Notes: generated by a model not told the origin, from the letters alone. A stretch of DNA of 64,000 bases from Octopus vulgaris (GCA_951406725.2 OX597828.1:24242001-24306000), one strand, 5' to 3'. Counted from the stretch's first letter, positions 1 through 13,827 are shown. Translations and numbers: made by a program.

Positions 1-712
1 CCTCTCTCAAATATAGAACTCTATTGCCTATATAACCATCCACGCGATGTGGCAAGAGTCGTGAATTTAAAAAAAACATTTTTTCTAGAATGTTATTTTA
101 TTTAAAGCTTGGAGATTGCTTATTTTTCAAAATTAGAATGAAAACTGAGGAATTATAATCAATGGGAAATATCACATTATGATTATATCGTTCTATACAT
201 GCATTATCAACTTCGATAACCTGGAAATCCTCGTCGACTAAACGGCATTATACGCACACGAACGCATGCACGTGCACACACACAAACACACACACGCACA
301 CACACACCTGTACATATATATTATTCTGATGTGGATGCATGGCATCGCCTCAAACATCTACAAAACTTTGCTTGACATTATGAACCTACGACATTATGGT
401 TCTTTATTATATTATAGACATGTCTATGGCTTAAGAGTTAGTTCAGCCGTAACAGCTGTCAAGATAACAGTAACACATAATTCCATGTTTATTTTGTATT
501 CAATGCTTATCTACTCTTTAAGCTTACTTGTGTTGGTCAGTCTTTCTAATCTTCTAGCCTCTTGACAAATGTCAGTTTAATAGCCGACATCCTACACTGG
601 AACAATCAGCCTTAAATAGAATTGTTGGAATTTTATGTTCAAATTCAACTGCGGACTATTCACGAATATATAACTACTACACTTGCTTTAGCATTCTCCA
701 ACACATTATATA

Positions 713-770
<58 letters not shown>

Positions 771-774
771 CATT

Positions 775-1282
775 ACAGATAAAGGGTGAAATATAATTAA
801 TTTAATAAAATCAACAAATTTCACCTAGTAGCACTTCGGTATGGAAAAGGACCATATTCGGTAAAATTTTGTATAATTATAACAATAAGGGTCTTTGCAA
901 CAAGTTGCTTGACCACATACCGAAAATTTTAGAAAGAGCAGCCAGAGGACTGCTCTTTCCTTTTACTACAAAAATATGTCTCCACAGACAACAATATTTG
1001 TAACTCATATATGGCAAAAAAAAAAAAGAAAAATAACGAAATCAAACATAGTATTATGTTGATAAAGGAAATGAATCTTATGATTCTAATCCAGAAACGT
1101 GCGTCCATAATTGACCGTGGACTGTTTGATTTCGTTATTTTTCTTCTTTTTTTGCCATATATGAGTTACAAATATTGTTGTCTGTGGAGACATATTTTTG
1201 TAGTAAAAGGAAATAGCAGTCCTCTGGCTGCTATTTCTAAAATTTTCACTATGTGGTCTATCAACTTGTTGCAAAGACCCTT

Positions 1283-1287
<5 letters not shown>
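775..1287. mobile_element. Fold-back Penelope-like non-coding element between (TA)n tracts (arms 882-1048 / 1123-1287, extra tail 775-881)
   Basis: The ~165-bp arms are reverse complements with scattered mismatches (acaataagggtctttgcaacaag... / ...cttgttgcaaagacccttattgt). A degenerate HHR sits in the spacer, and (TA)n flanks both sides. Confidence 0.8.
1053..1111 (+). ncRNA. Degenerate minimal type I hammerhead ribozyme
   Basis: Stem I attatg/cataat; core ttgataa (2 changes from CTGATGA); stem II gga..gaatc-ttat-gattc..tcc; GAAAC-gtgc-GTC. Confidence 0.6.
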
Positions 1288-1374
<87 letters not shown>

Positions 1375-1589
1375 TATATGTATATATATACATATATATG
1401 TATGTATATACATATATACATATATATATATATGTAGAGAGATAGGGAGGGAGGGAGGGAGGGAGAGAGAGAGTGTGTGTGTGGTGGGGACAGCTGACCA
1501 AAAAGTTAGCTTCGCTAATCACTAATCCGCTAACAAAAATGTTAGCATTGCAAACACTACACCGTTCAACAGCTAAGTAAATTTACCTT

Positions 1590-2756
1590 TTTACTTATTC
1601 TTAGTTCAAGTTTTGAAGAGTGCAGTTCGGTTTCATTAGTTATGCTTTCAAAGCTATAACGGAGGTGACAAAGGAGCATATTCTGCGTAATTTGCTTTTT
1701 GAGTTCAATAAAAGCAGCAACACAACGGGAAGGGATCGGACAATAAGCGTAAATCAGTGTCAACGGTGGTTCCAGAAATTCCAAGAAATACCAGAAATGC
1801 CGAGCCGCAAACTACATCCTAGAAGACGAGCCTCATCCTGGGAGATCTGTAGAGCTAGACGAGGGTATCCTGCCAAACCTAGTGGAACAAAATCCCATCG
1901 TAGCTGTTGAGGTACTAGCAGAAAAGCTTGGGTTTGGTCATTCAACCATTTATCCACATCTGCATGCCATCGGAAAAGTCAGGAAATTGGGTCAATAGGT
2001 TCCTCACAAGCTTTCCAAGTTTAATCGTGCGCAGAGTGAATGTGTGATCTTCTTTGCTGTCACGTCTTACAGATGAACCTTTTTTTGTTTCGTGTAATGA
2101 CTTGGTGACGAAAAATGGCTTCTCGATAAAAATATCAAGCGCCGAAGACGGCGAGTAGGGAAAGGAGAAACACCGGCGCCTCACGCTAAAGAAGGTTTAC
2201 ACCCATGTAAGGTGTTGTATTCTGATTGGTGGGATATGAAAGGTTTAGTCAACCTTGAACTCTTAAACCCAAACCAAACGGTAACAAAGATCCACTGCGA
2301 TCAGCGTGAGCGGCTAAAATCAAAGCTAGAAGAAAAATGACCATTTTTGATTCCATGACAAAAGGCGTTCTTCCATCAGGATAATGCTCGGCCACATACA
2401 GCGAGAATGACATTCCAAAGGCTGGAGCAGTTTTATTGGGAAACGATACCCTACCCAACAAATTCATTGGACATTTCTTCATCTGATTATCATATATTCC
2501 GCTGTCTTAAAAATCATTTGGACGAAAAAAATATGAATTCTGTAGACGAGGGCAGAACAGTACTGGAGGAGAACTTTTCGTCACGGACAAGGGAATTTTG
2601 GAAGATGACATTGTACGTCTGCCATATAGATGGAAGAGTATTGTAGAAAATGGCGGAGAGTATATTTTCGATTAAAAAAAAAAACTTTGTTTATCTTAAT
2701 CTTGAAAAATAAAAGAAGTATAAAAAAACCCACTATTCATTGGATGACCCGTTATA
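1590..2756 (+). mobile_element. Mariner element remnant; right TIR-like end about 2727-2754 followed by TA, left TIR not seen
   Basis: Transposase pseudogene followed by ...ttcattggatgacccgtta|TA. Confidence 0.7.
1659..2675 (+). pseudogene. Mariner (DD34D, SETMAR-like) transposase pseudogene
   Basis: Start ATG mutated to ACG (xEVTKEHILRNLLFEFNK). Motifs Q*VPHKL (WVPHEL), HQDNARPH, PYPTNSLDISSSDYHIF (YSPDLAPSDY) and terminal ENGGEYIFD*. Multiple frameshifts and stops. Confidence 0.92.
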
Positions 2757-2941
2757 TATGAACCTATTTAAAAAGCTGATAACTACAAATACGTATGATG
2801 AGTATATTTCTATGGCATACAAAATAAACAAAAGTAGTTACGTAGAAGTCTTATCTTGACAGCTGTTTCGGATGAATCATGGATTATGTATACATATTAG
2901 TGTGTATCTATGCATGCGAGTGAATATGCATCGATGTTTGA

Positions 2942-2977
<36 letters not shown>

Positions 2978-3388
2978 GTAATGTTTAGAAAATTAAAAAT
3001 ATTAATGGTTCTGTTTCGGATAAAGGGAGTTGGATGAATATTTGGTATGCAGATTAATTATAAATGCTTCTCCATAAATTTTAACAAACAAACAAACCAC
3101 TCAGGAATAACATGAAGCCAAAGCTTATTTTCTGTATCGCATCGAGATTTAATCAGGCAAAACAAAATAAAATCCATTAAGTTTTAAAATATTAATAGTT
3201 TTTAAATAATGAGGTTTATAAGTTATACATTTGTTATTAGTTTTCTGTTTTCCCTTTCTATTTTCATTTCTCTCATTATTTCTGCCCAACTCTTTCTTTC
3301 TCTTTCTCTTCTATTTTATCTTTCTTCATTGCCCCCTTTCTATCTATCTGTATTTCTTTGTCTCTCTCACGCTCAGTCACATGCTCGA

Positions 3389-3391
<3 letters not shown>

Positions 3392-3450
<59 letters not shown>
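3392..3450. repeat. (CT)n microsatellite
   Basis: Direct reading. Confidence 0.95.
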
Positions 3451-3454
<4 letters not shown>

Positions 3455-3636
3455 TGCTTTTCTATGTCGCCTACGCACCATCTCTTTACCACTCTATTTT
3501 TTTCCAACTTGAATTTTGTATTGTTCAAGTTGGGCACGCACATATTCCCCCAAAACACTCACTCACGCTCACAAATACTGGCGCAGGGAAGCACAAATAA
3601 CTCACATATGTGAATATATATAAATAAATAAATAAA

Positions 3637-3670
<34 letters not shown>

Positions 3671-3831
3671 GAGTATATATATACATATATATATATATAT
3701 GTATATGTATGTATATATATTTGTATATATAGCTATAGGACTGACAAAAACAGTTAGATTGACAGACAGGTGTGAATTAATATATACATATATGTATGTG
3801 TGTGTTTAGTTGTATGTAGGTATATATATAA

Positions 3832-3837
3832 AGATAA

Positions 3838-3915
<78 letters not shown>
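3832..3915. repeat. (GATA)n microsatellite
   Basis: Direct reading. Confidence 0.95.
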
Positions 3916-3916
<1 letters not shown>

Positions 3917-4459
3917 TGTATGTATATATGTATATATACACATATTTATGCATACATATTCATACATACATAATCACACGTTTATCGTTCTCTATATTTA
4001 TTTAACAAATACTCACAACATTCCCTCTGTTTTTTATACCTATAAAAGTTTTCATTTCAATATGGCTGCAGTCGCTGCGCTGCAACAAGGGAAGGAATGT
4101 GTGAGAATTTGATAGCATTTAGCGATATACTGCCTCTGTTTATGCTAATTGCAGATTTGAAGCAATTTTATTTCAATAAAATAGAAAAATCATTTCTAAA
4201 TCTCTGAAAGAGGGACATTCAGTAACAGTACTCAAAAGTAAAGATTATTTGCCAACATAATGTGGTAGTCCCTGTTGGGACGGATGTTACTGCTATTTAG
4301 CACCAGGAAACATAGTTTTCAGCTTGTTCTAAAAATATAAGGACACAGATAGTGTGATGTATAGCCAGCTGGAGACAATGTTTCTTGGGGCTAAATAGCA
4401 GTAACATTCGTCCCAACCGGGACTGTCACATTATGTTGACAAATAATCTTTACTACATT

Positions 4460-4575
4460 TTATTATTATTATTATTATTATGTTTATTATTATTCAAGTC
4501 ACTGCCTGGAATCGAACTCGGAATCTTGGGGTCAGTAGCCCGCGCTCTTGCCCACGGGCATATGGCGTAGTGGTT
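4460..4575 (-). mobile_element. Short tRNA-derived SINE with (TAA)n tail and inverted 5' segment
   Basis: The minus strand has the B-box ccgagttcgattcc followed by aataataa. The A-box segment gggcatatggcgtagtggtt (4550-4575) lies on the plus strand. Confidence 0.6.
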
Positions 4576-4839
4576 TTAATAGTTTACGTAAATTTATGAT
4601 AGTAATACGTTACTTCGGGGAAAATGTTAATTGGTGAACTGCTTGGAAAGAGAATTTAGTAATCCGTGAAATGCTGTGTAACTGTAGTTTTCTGTGGCTT
4701 TATCTTTTACCTTTCACCTGTCTCAGTTATTAGACAGCGACCATACTGCAGCAAATCTTTGGAGATCTTTTAGTCAAATGTATCACGCCAGTAATTGTTT
4801 AGGTTAAGCTTGGCACTTATTCAATGGGTAAAATAATAT

Positions 4840-4998
4840 AAATAAATTTTATGTATTGGCTAATGTTTCTCATTGTTTGATTTGCCTAATAGTGGTTTTA
4901 TCTCTAATTCAATATAATATAATATAATATATTTATACTATAAAATTGGATTTAATCCTAAATCTGATTTTTCCCTGTAAGTTTGGATTTATTCCCTA

Positions 4999-5005
<7 letters not shown>
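4840..5005 (+). mobile_element. 3' tail fragment of the same Penelope-like family as 32927-33330
   Basis: actataaaattggatttaatcctaaatctgatttttccctgtaa..ggatttattccctaatatt is shared with 33261-33329; both run into (TA)n. Confidence 0.8.
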
Positions 5006-5060
<55 letters not shown>

Positions 5061-5239
5061 CATATATCATATTTATACATATGATATATGCCTATGTCTA
5101 TGTATATAGAAAGGAAACTGCTCTGCACTCGTTCAACTCCTGCCATCGCCATCAAAATACAGAATACGTAGTAAATGAAGATACCATTGTCTTATTCAGA
5201 TATAGAATATTTTTGTTATATTTCTTGTATTTCTTATAC

Positions 5240-5637
5240 ATGTGTCAGTCGTTTGACTACGGCCATGCTGAGCCACCTCCACGAAGAGATTTAGTCGGAC
5301 GAAACGATCTCAATACATATTCTATAAAGCCTGAAATTATATTTTATCAAAAGCCTTTTGCGGAACTGCTAATTTACAGGTAATTAAACACATGAACACT
5401 GGCTACCAAGTGGTGGATGGGCGGGGCAGCGCACAAACACATCCTTACTCACTCACACACACACACACATACATACACATATATACACTCACGACGGGCT
5501 TTTATCGGTTTCCGCCGACGAAATCCTCTTACAGGGCATTTGTCGATTCGAGGCTCTGGTAGAAGACGTTCGCAATGGGACTGTAACCAGAACCATGTGG
5601 GTAGGAACCAAGCTACTTACCACAGAGTCACGCCTAC
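5240..5637 (-). mobile_element. SINE family A (tRNA head, CORE-like body), diverged copy
   Basis: Aligns by eye to 62164-62565. Confidence 0.7.
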
Positions 5638-6114
5638 ATCTAGTTCAAGAGGTTCATGTAAAATTTGTGAAGTATCTTCAAGTATTTGTTGGGAAATAAT
5701 AATTTACTGAGTGAAACCCCGTCCCCAGAAATACAATATTGATTGCATTTACGTAATCTGGGAAGAAACCTTTCACAAAAAGATGAAACTTTTGTAAAAT
5801 AAAGAAATATATAAATATCTTCAGTTAATGGTTCAGCTATGCGGAATCGACGAATGTCGAAGAGAATATATTGATTAGGGTAAATTAAAAATAATCGATG
5901 ATTAAAAAACAACGTTGTTTTGAAAAACGTTTTAAGAAATTATATTTGAATTCAAATTTGGATAATATTTGAAATTGTGTAATTATATAAACCAAAGGAA
6001 TGATAGTTACATACATATATACATGCATACATACACACACACACACACAAAGAAAGGTTCGAAATACGAGAGCAGAAAAAGAGCCAACAACTGATGCAGG
6101 GTCGTTCCTTATAT

Positions 6115-6562
6115 ATACTTTTACTTTTTTATTCTTTTGTTTCAGTAATTTGACTGCGGCGATGCTGAAGCACCGCCTTTAGTCGACCAAATCGAACCCA
6201 GGACTTATTCTTTGTCAGCCTAGTACTCTTTCTATCAGGCTCTTTTGTCGAACAACTAAGTTACGGTGACGTAGGCACACCAACATCAGTTGTCAAGTGA
6301 TGGTTGGGGTCAAACACAGACACAAACACACACACACACGCACGCACACGCACACACACACACACGCACGCACACACACGCACACACTCATACATATACA
6401 TATACGACGGGTTCTTTCAGTTTCCGTCTACCAAATCCACTCACAAGGCTTTGGTAGGCCCGGGGCTATAGTAGAAGACACTTGCCCAAAGTGCCACACA
6501 GTGGACCTGAACCCGGAACTATGTGATTGCAAGTTTCTTACCACACATCTACACCAGCGCCT
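6115..6562 (-). mobile_element. SINE family A
   Basis: tttcagtttccgtctaccaaatccactcacaaggctttgg...gaagacacttgccca, plus the family tail gactgcggc..tgctg.agcaccgcc. Confidence 0.9.
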
Positions 6563-6566
6563 AGAT

Positions 6567-6596
<30 letters not shown>

Positions 6597-6597
<1 letters not shown>

Positions 6598-7553
6598 ACC
6601 CTGAAAATATTGCGCATCTGCAACATGAGCTGGACACAATATACAGGTGGGCTGAGGACAACAACATGCAGTTTAATGCAGGTAAGTTCCAGGCCCTGCG
6701 CTACTGGCACACAAAGGTAAATGACGTGAAGACTGGATACACTGGCCCAGGAAGAATTGCAATCCCTGAGTCAAAATCAGTGCGTGACCTGGGCATTGAC
6801 ATGAGCAATGATGCATCTTTCCAAATGCATATTGCTAATCTGGTGATAAAATGCAGACGGCTAGCTGGATGGATTCTCCGAACTTTCAGAACAAGAGAGA
6901 AGGAGACACTGATGGTCCTATGGAAAACATTTGTCCTCAGCCGCTTGGACTACTGCTCCCAACTTTGGTCACCACACAATATAAAACAAACAGCAGAACT
7001 CGAAGCAACTCAGAGAAGCTACACAAAGAAAATCGTCTCAATGCAAAATGTCAGCTACTGGGAAAGACTGAAGGTATTAAACCTCTTCTCCCTGGAGCGG
7101 AGGCGGGAGAGATATGCAGTAATATACATCTGGAAAATCCTGGAGGGTCTTGTCCCAAACTTTGGCATTCAAAGTTACTCCAACCGCAGAACGGGCGCCG
7201 CTGCGTGGTGCCAAGGATTCCAACATCACCATCAAAATACAGGTCCAGATACTGCAACAGCTTGGGTTTCAGAGGACCACAGCTTTTCAACATCCTCCCT
7301 AAATGCCTGAGAGACTTACATGGTGTGGATGTGGGTTTCTTTAAAACTAAACTGGATCTCTTCTTGTTGGGAGTCCCAGATGAACCTACCTCACGACAGG
7401 AGACACGGATGCGGGCAGCAGCATCGAACTCCCTTGTTGATCAAGTGCCACGTATCAGAGGTGGATTCACAAACTAGTGTGGCTCATTCAGCGGTGGTGC
7501 CCCAGCATGGCCGCGGCCTTCGGGCTAAAACATTTTTAAGGATTTAAGGATTT
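6597..7553 (+). mobile_element. 5'-truncated CR1/L2-group LINE (RT C-terminus/thumb plus 3' UTR), inserted in (TA)n
   Basis: LQHELDTIYRWAEDNNMQFNAGKFQ..VRDLGI..LDYCSQLWSP..SYWERLKVLNLFSLERRRER; one frameshift near 7190; 3' end with ttaaggat repeats then (TA)n. Confidence 0.9.
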
Positions 7554-7569
7554 ATATATATATATTTTT

Positions 7570-7894
<325 letters not shown>

Positions 7895-9779
7895 TGTTAC
7901 TGGACGGTTGTCGTTTGCTACTGATACTGCTGTACTTTTTAGTACTAAACGTCTCTTTCTCATTATATATATATATATATATATATATGTAGCATTAAAA
8001 GCACAGAAGTATCAGTAGCATACGAAAATCATCCGGTAACAGCGCTGAATTCCCCAAACCCGTGATTTCTGAGTATTTATGCGTCATAAGTAGCAAGTAT
8101 CCAGTATCAATCGCATGCTTAGTCTAATATTTTCTCCGCTGATATAGAACACTGATTAACATATCACTAGTGTCTACGATAAAGGCAAAGAAATATTGTC
8201 ACAACTTTTAATCTGTGAAATGCTGACGTGCTTTTAAGGTTTCTTGTATGAAGTTTGATTGCAGGATAAATAATTAGCTGATCCATATTCTATCTGCAGG
8301 GAACAATAAACGAGCATCTCTGTAGATAGGAAGGCTAGATGTGACTATACACCAGACAATAATGTGTGAGGCAATACCTGATATTACTTCTCAGAAAACT
8401 AGAGAGAAGCGCTTACACGAAGGAACTTGTAACAGCACAGTATTTTTACAAATAAAAATAAAATCCTTTTATTTAAAAGGAGAAAATGAATATTGACACC
8501 GCAGGAATATGTGATTTAAAGTAGAAAGATAATGCTAAAATTGTATGAGAAAATCGAACAAAGTTGTATTCTTGTAAAGGAATATACAAGTACAAGAAGA
8601 GACGGAATTAAAATCAAAACTCCCAAAATAAATCACTTATTGGATATTGGATGATTACAAAGATATTGGTAATGAAGGAACTACAAGAAAACTTGTAAAG
8701 AATTCTTGCAGTGTATTTAAATAAGATTAATCTATACCAAAGCTAAAAGAAGCCAGAACCACAATGACAGAAAACACACAATATAACAGGTCAATCTATA
8801 TTAGGTGAAAGAAACGATAGAGATGACCAAGTAATCTGTTTATGCAAAAGAAACCATCTAGCAGTCACCAACAATCTATTGCAGTAGTCACCGTTAAAGT
8901 TATGCATGCAGAAGAGTCGAGGTGACATAACCAAGAAATCAGATACATTATATCGTGTTAAAAGCACTGGCTTAGATACAGTGTGACGCTTGCAAAACCG
9001 TACCCTGGAGTAAATATCGATTCATACCATAATCCAGTGGTAATTAAATTAGAACTCAAAGTTAATAAAATGAAGATTGTTAAAAGGCTAGAACAATGGC
9101 GTTTGTGAAAGGAGAGAGAAAACAAACAGAAATGTGCGTGGAAATACAAGGTGACGATGAATATTTACAGAATGAAGAATGGATATAAAATATAAAGATA
9201 TGGTAAAGAACAAAGTGGAGGAAAATAGCTCACAATTAAAATTGGGTTGTAACACATTAGCAAAGAAAACATTGTCTGAATGATTGAAGGAAGTGAAGAA
9301 AATGAATGACTGCATAATCCATCGAACAAATGGAAGAAAATGAAGAAATATAAAAATAATGATGCGAAATACATACAATACCCTGAATCAAGAGATGTTT
9401 CCTGAATGAAGAGAAACGAAAAACAAGACTAATGACTAGATGATCAATGCTTTCAATTTTAAAATTTACAGAACCAGGATGAATTTAAAGAAATCTGTGT
9501 TAAAATTATTAATGATTTAGGCACAAATCCAGCAATTTGTAGAGAAGCTGACTAGTCGATAGCATCGGCTTCAGTACTCGTTCGATGTATTATTTCCTCG
9601 ACAGAGTAGAGGTGAAAGGCAAAGATAACAACGGTGAAATTTGAACCCCAGGGCGTGTTAAGAAATACCACACGGAATTTTTTCTCTGCCACTCTAACGA
9701 TTGTGCCAATACAAAACGTTAAAATCTACGATAAAATAAATGAGATCAGCAGCAAAAAATGCATGAATAAACGAGTATG

Positions 9780-10250
9780 TTTTAAAACATTGTCCCCTAA
9801 TCACTTTCAGTAATCTGATAATATGCTAAGGTCATCTCTACAGATATTCCACAGAAATTATTGCCAGCACTGATTTTGTTTCGACATTTCATATCCGAGA
9901 CGTCAGATGTAGACAAACAATGAAAAATGGGCTATTTTGGGAACTTTTGCCCCTCCATCAGTGCCCATTTAACCTATTAATCCTCCACGAACTCTTTGCT
10001 TAGATAGCCACTAAATACAGCGGTGTAACGTTACTGGATATACCAATTTGCATATTAAACACATTCCTTGAAGCTGGTACGTAAGCATTAATGCCTTGTA
10101 GACACACGGTATTTCATTATGCGGCCATAATATGATACAAAGTATATTAAACGATTTTGTAGGTCAATAGCGTGTTCTTCTGTGTTAGCAGTGTTATTAA
10201 ATCACATGTTATGATAATCTCTGCATATTTTCTATAGAAATTATAGCCAC
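9780..10250 (-). pseudogene. Possible decayed Gypsy-type integrase fragment
   Basis: Weak minus-strand motifs (VPASRNVF; ..SD*GTMF resembling SDxGxQF); heavily disrupted. Confidence 0.3.
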
Positions 10251-10368
10251 GTCAACTGTAAACAAACAGGGGATCGAGAATGAAAAAATTGGTAACGTAG
10301 CATAATATGGTTGGGTAACGAAATACTGTGTCTACAAGCCATTAGTAATTCAATATTTCAAGACTTTA

Positions 10369-10952
10369 TAAGGTGGCGAGCTGGCAGAACCGTTAGGACA
10401 CCGGATGAAATGCTTAGCGGTATTTCGTTTGCTGTTACGTTCTGGGTTCAAATTCCGCCGAGGTCGGCATTGCCTTTCATCCTTTCGGGGTCGATTAAAT
10501 AAGTACCAGTTACGCACTGGGGTCGATATAATCGACTTAATCCGTTTGTCTGTCTTTGTTTGTCCTCTCTGTGTTTAGCCCCTTGCAGGTAGTAAAGAAA
10601 CAGGTATTTCGTCTGCCACTACGTTCTGAGTTCAAATTCCGCCGAGGTCAGCTTTGCCTTTCATCCTTTCGGGGTCGATTAAATAAGTACCAGTTACGCA
10701 CTGGAGTCGATATAATCAACTCAATCCGTTTGTCTGTCCTTGTTTGTCCTCTCTGTAAGTATCCCCTTGTGGGTAGTAAAGAATTAGATATTTCGTCTGT
10801 CCTTACGTTCTGAGTTCAAATTCCGCCGAGGTCGACTTTGCCTTTTATCCTTTCGAGGTCGATAAATTAAGTACCAGTTACGTACTGCGGTCGATCTAGT
10901 CCGCACCCACCTTCCCCAAAATTTCGGGCCTTGTGCCTAGAGTAGAAAAGAA
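10369..10952 (+). mobile_element. SINE family C, tandem trimer of a ~184-bp unit
   Basis: gttcaaattccgccgaggtc..tttgcctttcatcctttcggggtcgat..aagtaccagttacg occurs three times (about 10447, 10630, 10814). Confidence 0.9.
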
Positions 10953-11123
10953 TATTTCAAGACTTATATGTAAAACATTGGTCGCTTCTGTAGCATTTGT
11001 GGTTTTAGCTACTAAAACTTAGGTTTTAGTAGCTATAACACCGCCTCTAGAAGTAGATACACCGTTGATAGGATTGTGGTAATCTGGGGAGAAAACATCC
11101 TTTATAAAATAATGTATATATAT

Positions 11124-11283
11124 AAGGTCAGGAGTGGCTGTGTGGTAACTAACTTGCTTACCAACTACATGTTTCCTGGTTCAGCCCCACTTCGTGATAC
11201 CTTGGTCAAGTGTCATCTACTACAGCCTCGGGCCAATCAACTTGTGAGTGGATTTGGTAGACGGACACTGAAAGAAGCCCATC

Positions 11284-11340
<57 letters not shown>

Positions 11341-11580
11341 CTGTGTGGGGAGATGTATGTGTGTGTGCGTGTTTGTCCCCTCACTACCATCCCTTGACAA
11401 CTGTTGTTGGTGTGTTTACGTCTCCGTAACTTAGCGATTGGGCAAAACAGATCGATACATTAAGCAATGGGCCTGCAAACAGAAGTCCTGAGGTTGATTT
11501 GTTCGACTAAAGGCGCTGCTCCAGCATGATCGCAGTCAAACTGACTGAAACAAATAAAAGAACAAAAGAAAATAAAAAAC
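11124..11580 (+). mobile_element. SINE family A
   Basis: ggagtggctgtgtggtaa head, accttggtcaagtgtc CORE-like motif, internal (TA)n, tail ggcgctgctccagcatgatcgcagtcaaactgactgaaac. Confidence 0.9.
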
Positions 11581-12840
11581 TCAATTAATGGTTCGAATGG
11601 TAGGGGATCAATGACTGCCAGAGAGAATATATTGATTGGGCTCAACGTTCAATTAAAAATACTTGCAGAAATGGAAATAGAATGTTTGTTAATGCATAGA
11701 TCGTATTTAAATGGGCTGAAAAGATAAACAAAATCTATGATGATATGAACAGCTGTGTCCTGCACCGGAGTTTCTCAGGGAAACAAAATCTTACAAGAGG
11801 AAATATAACAGGCAATAAAGACGCTTATGTGTGAAAAGGCAACTGTAGCAGATGACATAGTCGCAGAAGCTTTAAAAGCATTGAGCAATCAGAAACTAAA
11901 TCTAATGAAATACGTAGTTTAATACATGAGATGGGACGCGTGCCAAGTTATCTCCTGATCTATCTTTGTTTGATTACCAAAGAAGCTCCAAAAGCTCAAG
12001 TCTAACAGAAGTTATAAGCCACGTCATGTGAATAAATTATTCACATGACGAATAGAGTTCAAAAATGAACCTCGTGACACCGCTAAAATGAGAATACATC
12101 ATAGTTTTAAGCCTCTGTACAACTTATGCCGGAATATCGTACTAATGTGAAACAGTTCTACACATGATTTTTTTATGCATTAGACGGAATAAAATATGCA
12201 AAATAAGTGAATGCCAATTAGAATGGGGGATACGTAGGAGAAACCTCCAAATAGTAGCCGGAAATTACTTCTAGCAAAAACTGTCGTAAGAACCAAACAA
12301 GAAAAAACTTTCACTTTAAAACAATGAAATCAGTCGACCAAAGAGGTGTGTCCACGCTTCATCGTGTTAAGATGTACACTGAAAATATTCTCGGAAAAAA
12401 GTAGAAGACGTAACAGTATTGGCAATAGAAGAGCATGTTCGACAGTAATCGAAAATATGCAGACGATACTGTTTTGTGCACTAAGAATAGAGATGAATGA
12501 GAAAACCTGTTACAAGAGATTATGGCAAAAGAATAGAATGCATGAGAAAAAGAAGGGAATAAGAGAAAATACGTAAATAAATCGTAATCACCAGTGCCGT
12601 TACCTAAAATAATATATTACAAGTGAAAGAAGGAAAGACTATTAACCAGACACTAGAAGACAATATAGCCGGGTTGGGGCGAGGGGATATGAATGAAGAA
12701 AATGAGAAATGTGAAGCTGAAATGAAATGTATTGAGAGAAACAAAAAGTCGTTTTAGAAAATGCAAATCAAGTGCCACATACGTATGTTGGTGCATTCGG
12801 TTAATATTAGCCATTAATAATAGTGGTTATAGGTGTAGTG

Positions 12841-13128
12841 TGGAGTCGCAATGGCACAATGGTTAGGGCAGCGGACTCGCGGTCGTAGGATCGCGGTTAT
12901 GATTCCGAGACCGGGCGTTGTGAATGTTCATTGAGCGAAAAACATCTAAAGCTCCACGAGGCTCCGGCAGGGGCTGGTAGCGATCCCTGCTGTACTCTTT
13001 CGCAGCAACTTTCTCTCATTCTTTCTTCTGTTGGCCTGCTCGCTTAGCCAGCGGGGTGGCGTGATTTGAAGGCTAAAACAATACGAAGCGCATTGTGACC
13101 AGCGATGTGTTGCAACATCTGATAGCCT
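12841..13128 (+). mobile_element. SINE family B (tRNA-derived head)
   Basis: tggagtcgcaatggcacaatggttagggcagcggactcgcggtcgtaggatcgcgg matches 35472 onward. Confidence 0.85.
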
Positions 13129-13329
13129 ACTAATAGAAATCCAAGATGACTTGAATTTTTCACAATATAGAGATACTTCGTTATTTCTAATAGTAAATAT
13201 ATTGTAAATAAATACACCATTTCCATTATTCCTGACATATAGGGTCTGATGAAACTGTAAGATATTCTACAGTAGATTGATGCTAGCAACACATCATGTA
13301 TATATACATGTATACTTACTCAAATGAAT

Positions 13330-13632
13330 GCTGGTTGAGCATTCTATCGGTTACGACGACAACTGTTCCAGATGATTCGATTACCAGAATAACCTGCCCG
13401 TGAAGTTAACGATCAACTGGCTGAGTACTCTCCACTGACACGCAGGGACATTCATCCTGACACAGAATGTAACAAGTCTGACCTTTGAATTATACATACG
13501 ACATATTTTTGTTCGCTGAGCTGACTGGAGACCTTCAAAGAAAGTTATTTGCTTAAGAACACAACGCGCCACCCGGTAATCGACCTCACGATCTTACTAT
13601 CGGGACCCGAATACCACTAAGCCATGCGCATT
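13330..13632 (-). mobile_element. Diverged SINE (family B-related tail)
   Basis: tcggttacgacgac.. is the reverse complement of the 35830-35848 tail; ends in ccactaagccatgcgc (tRNA head). Confidence 0.55.
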
Positions 13633-13756
13633 CATTACACTCACACACATACACATACACATATGTATGCATATATGGTGGGGGAGTGTGTATATATATT
13701 TATTTATTCATTTATTTTTCTTTACCATAGATCAATGCAAACAGCTGTTTTTATTA

Positions 13757-13827
<71 letters not shown>

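Larger units (their letters stand above)
8300..12780 (+). mobile_element. Highly decayed RTE-clade LINE (APE endonuclease ~8750-9070, RT ~11830-12700), interrupted by younger insertions
   Basis: GQSILGERNDRDDQV..RNHLAVTN; NQIHYI..AKPYPGVNIDSYHNPVVIKLELK; KATVADDIVAEALKAL. Confidence 0.7.

Noticed and set aside
6297-7310. 337-aa ORF as an intact RT gene
   Set aside because: The N-terminus is SINE and microsatellite; the LINE is 5'-truncated and lacks the RT catalytic core.
10420-10950. Regularly spaced direct repeats resembling a CRISPR array
   Set aside because: The intervening sequences are also repeated (tandem SINE units) and the context is eukaryotic.
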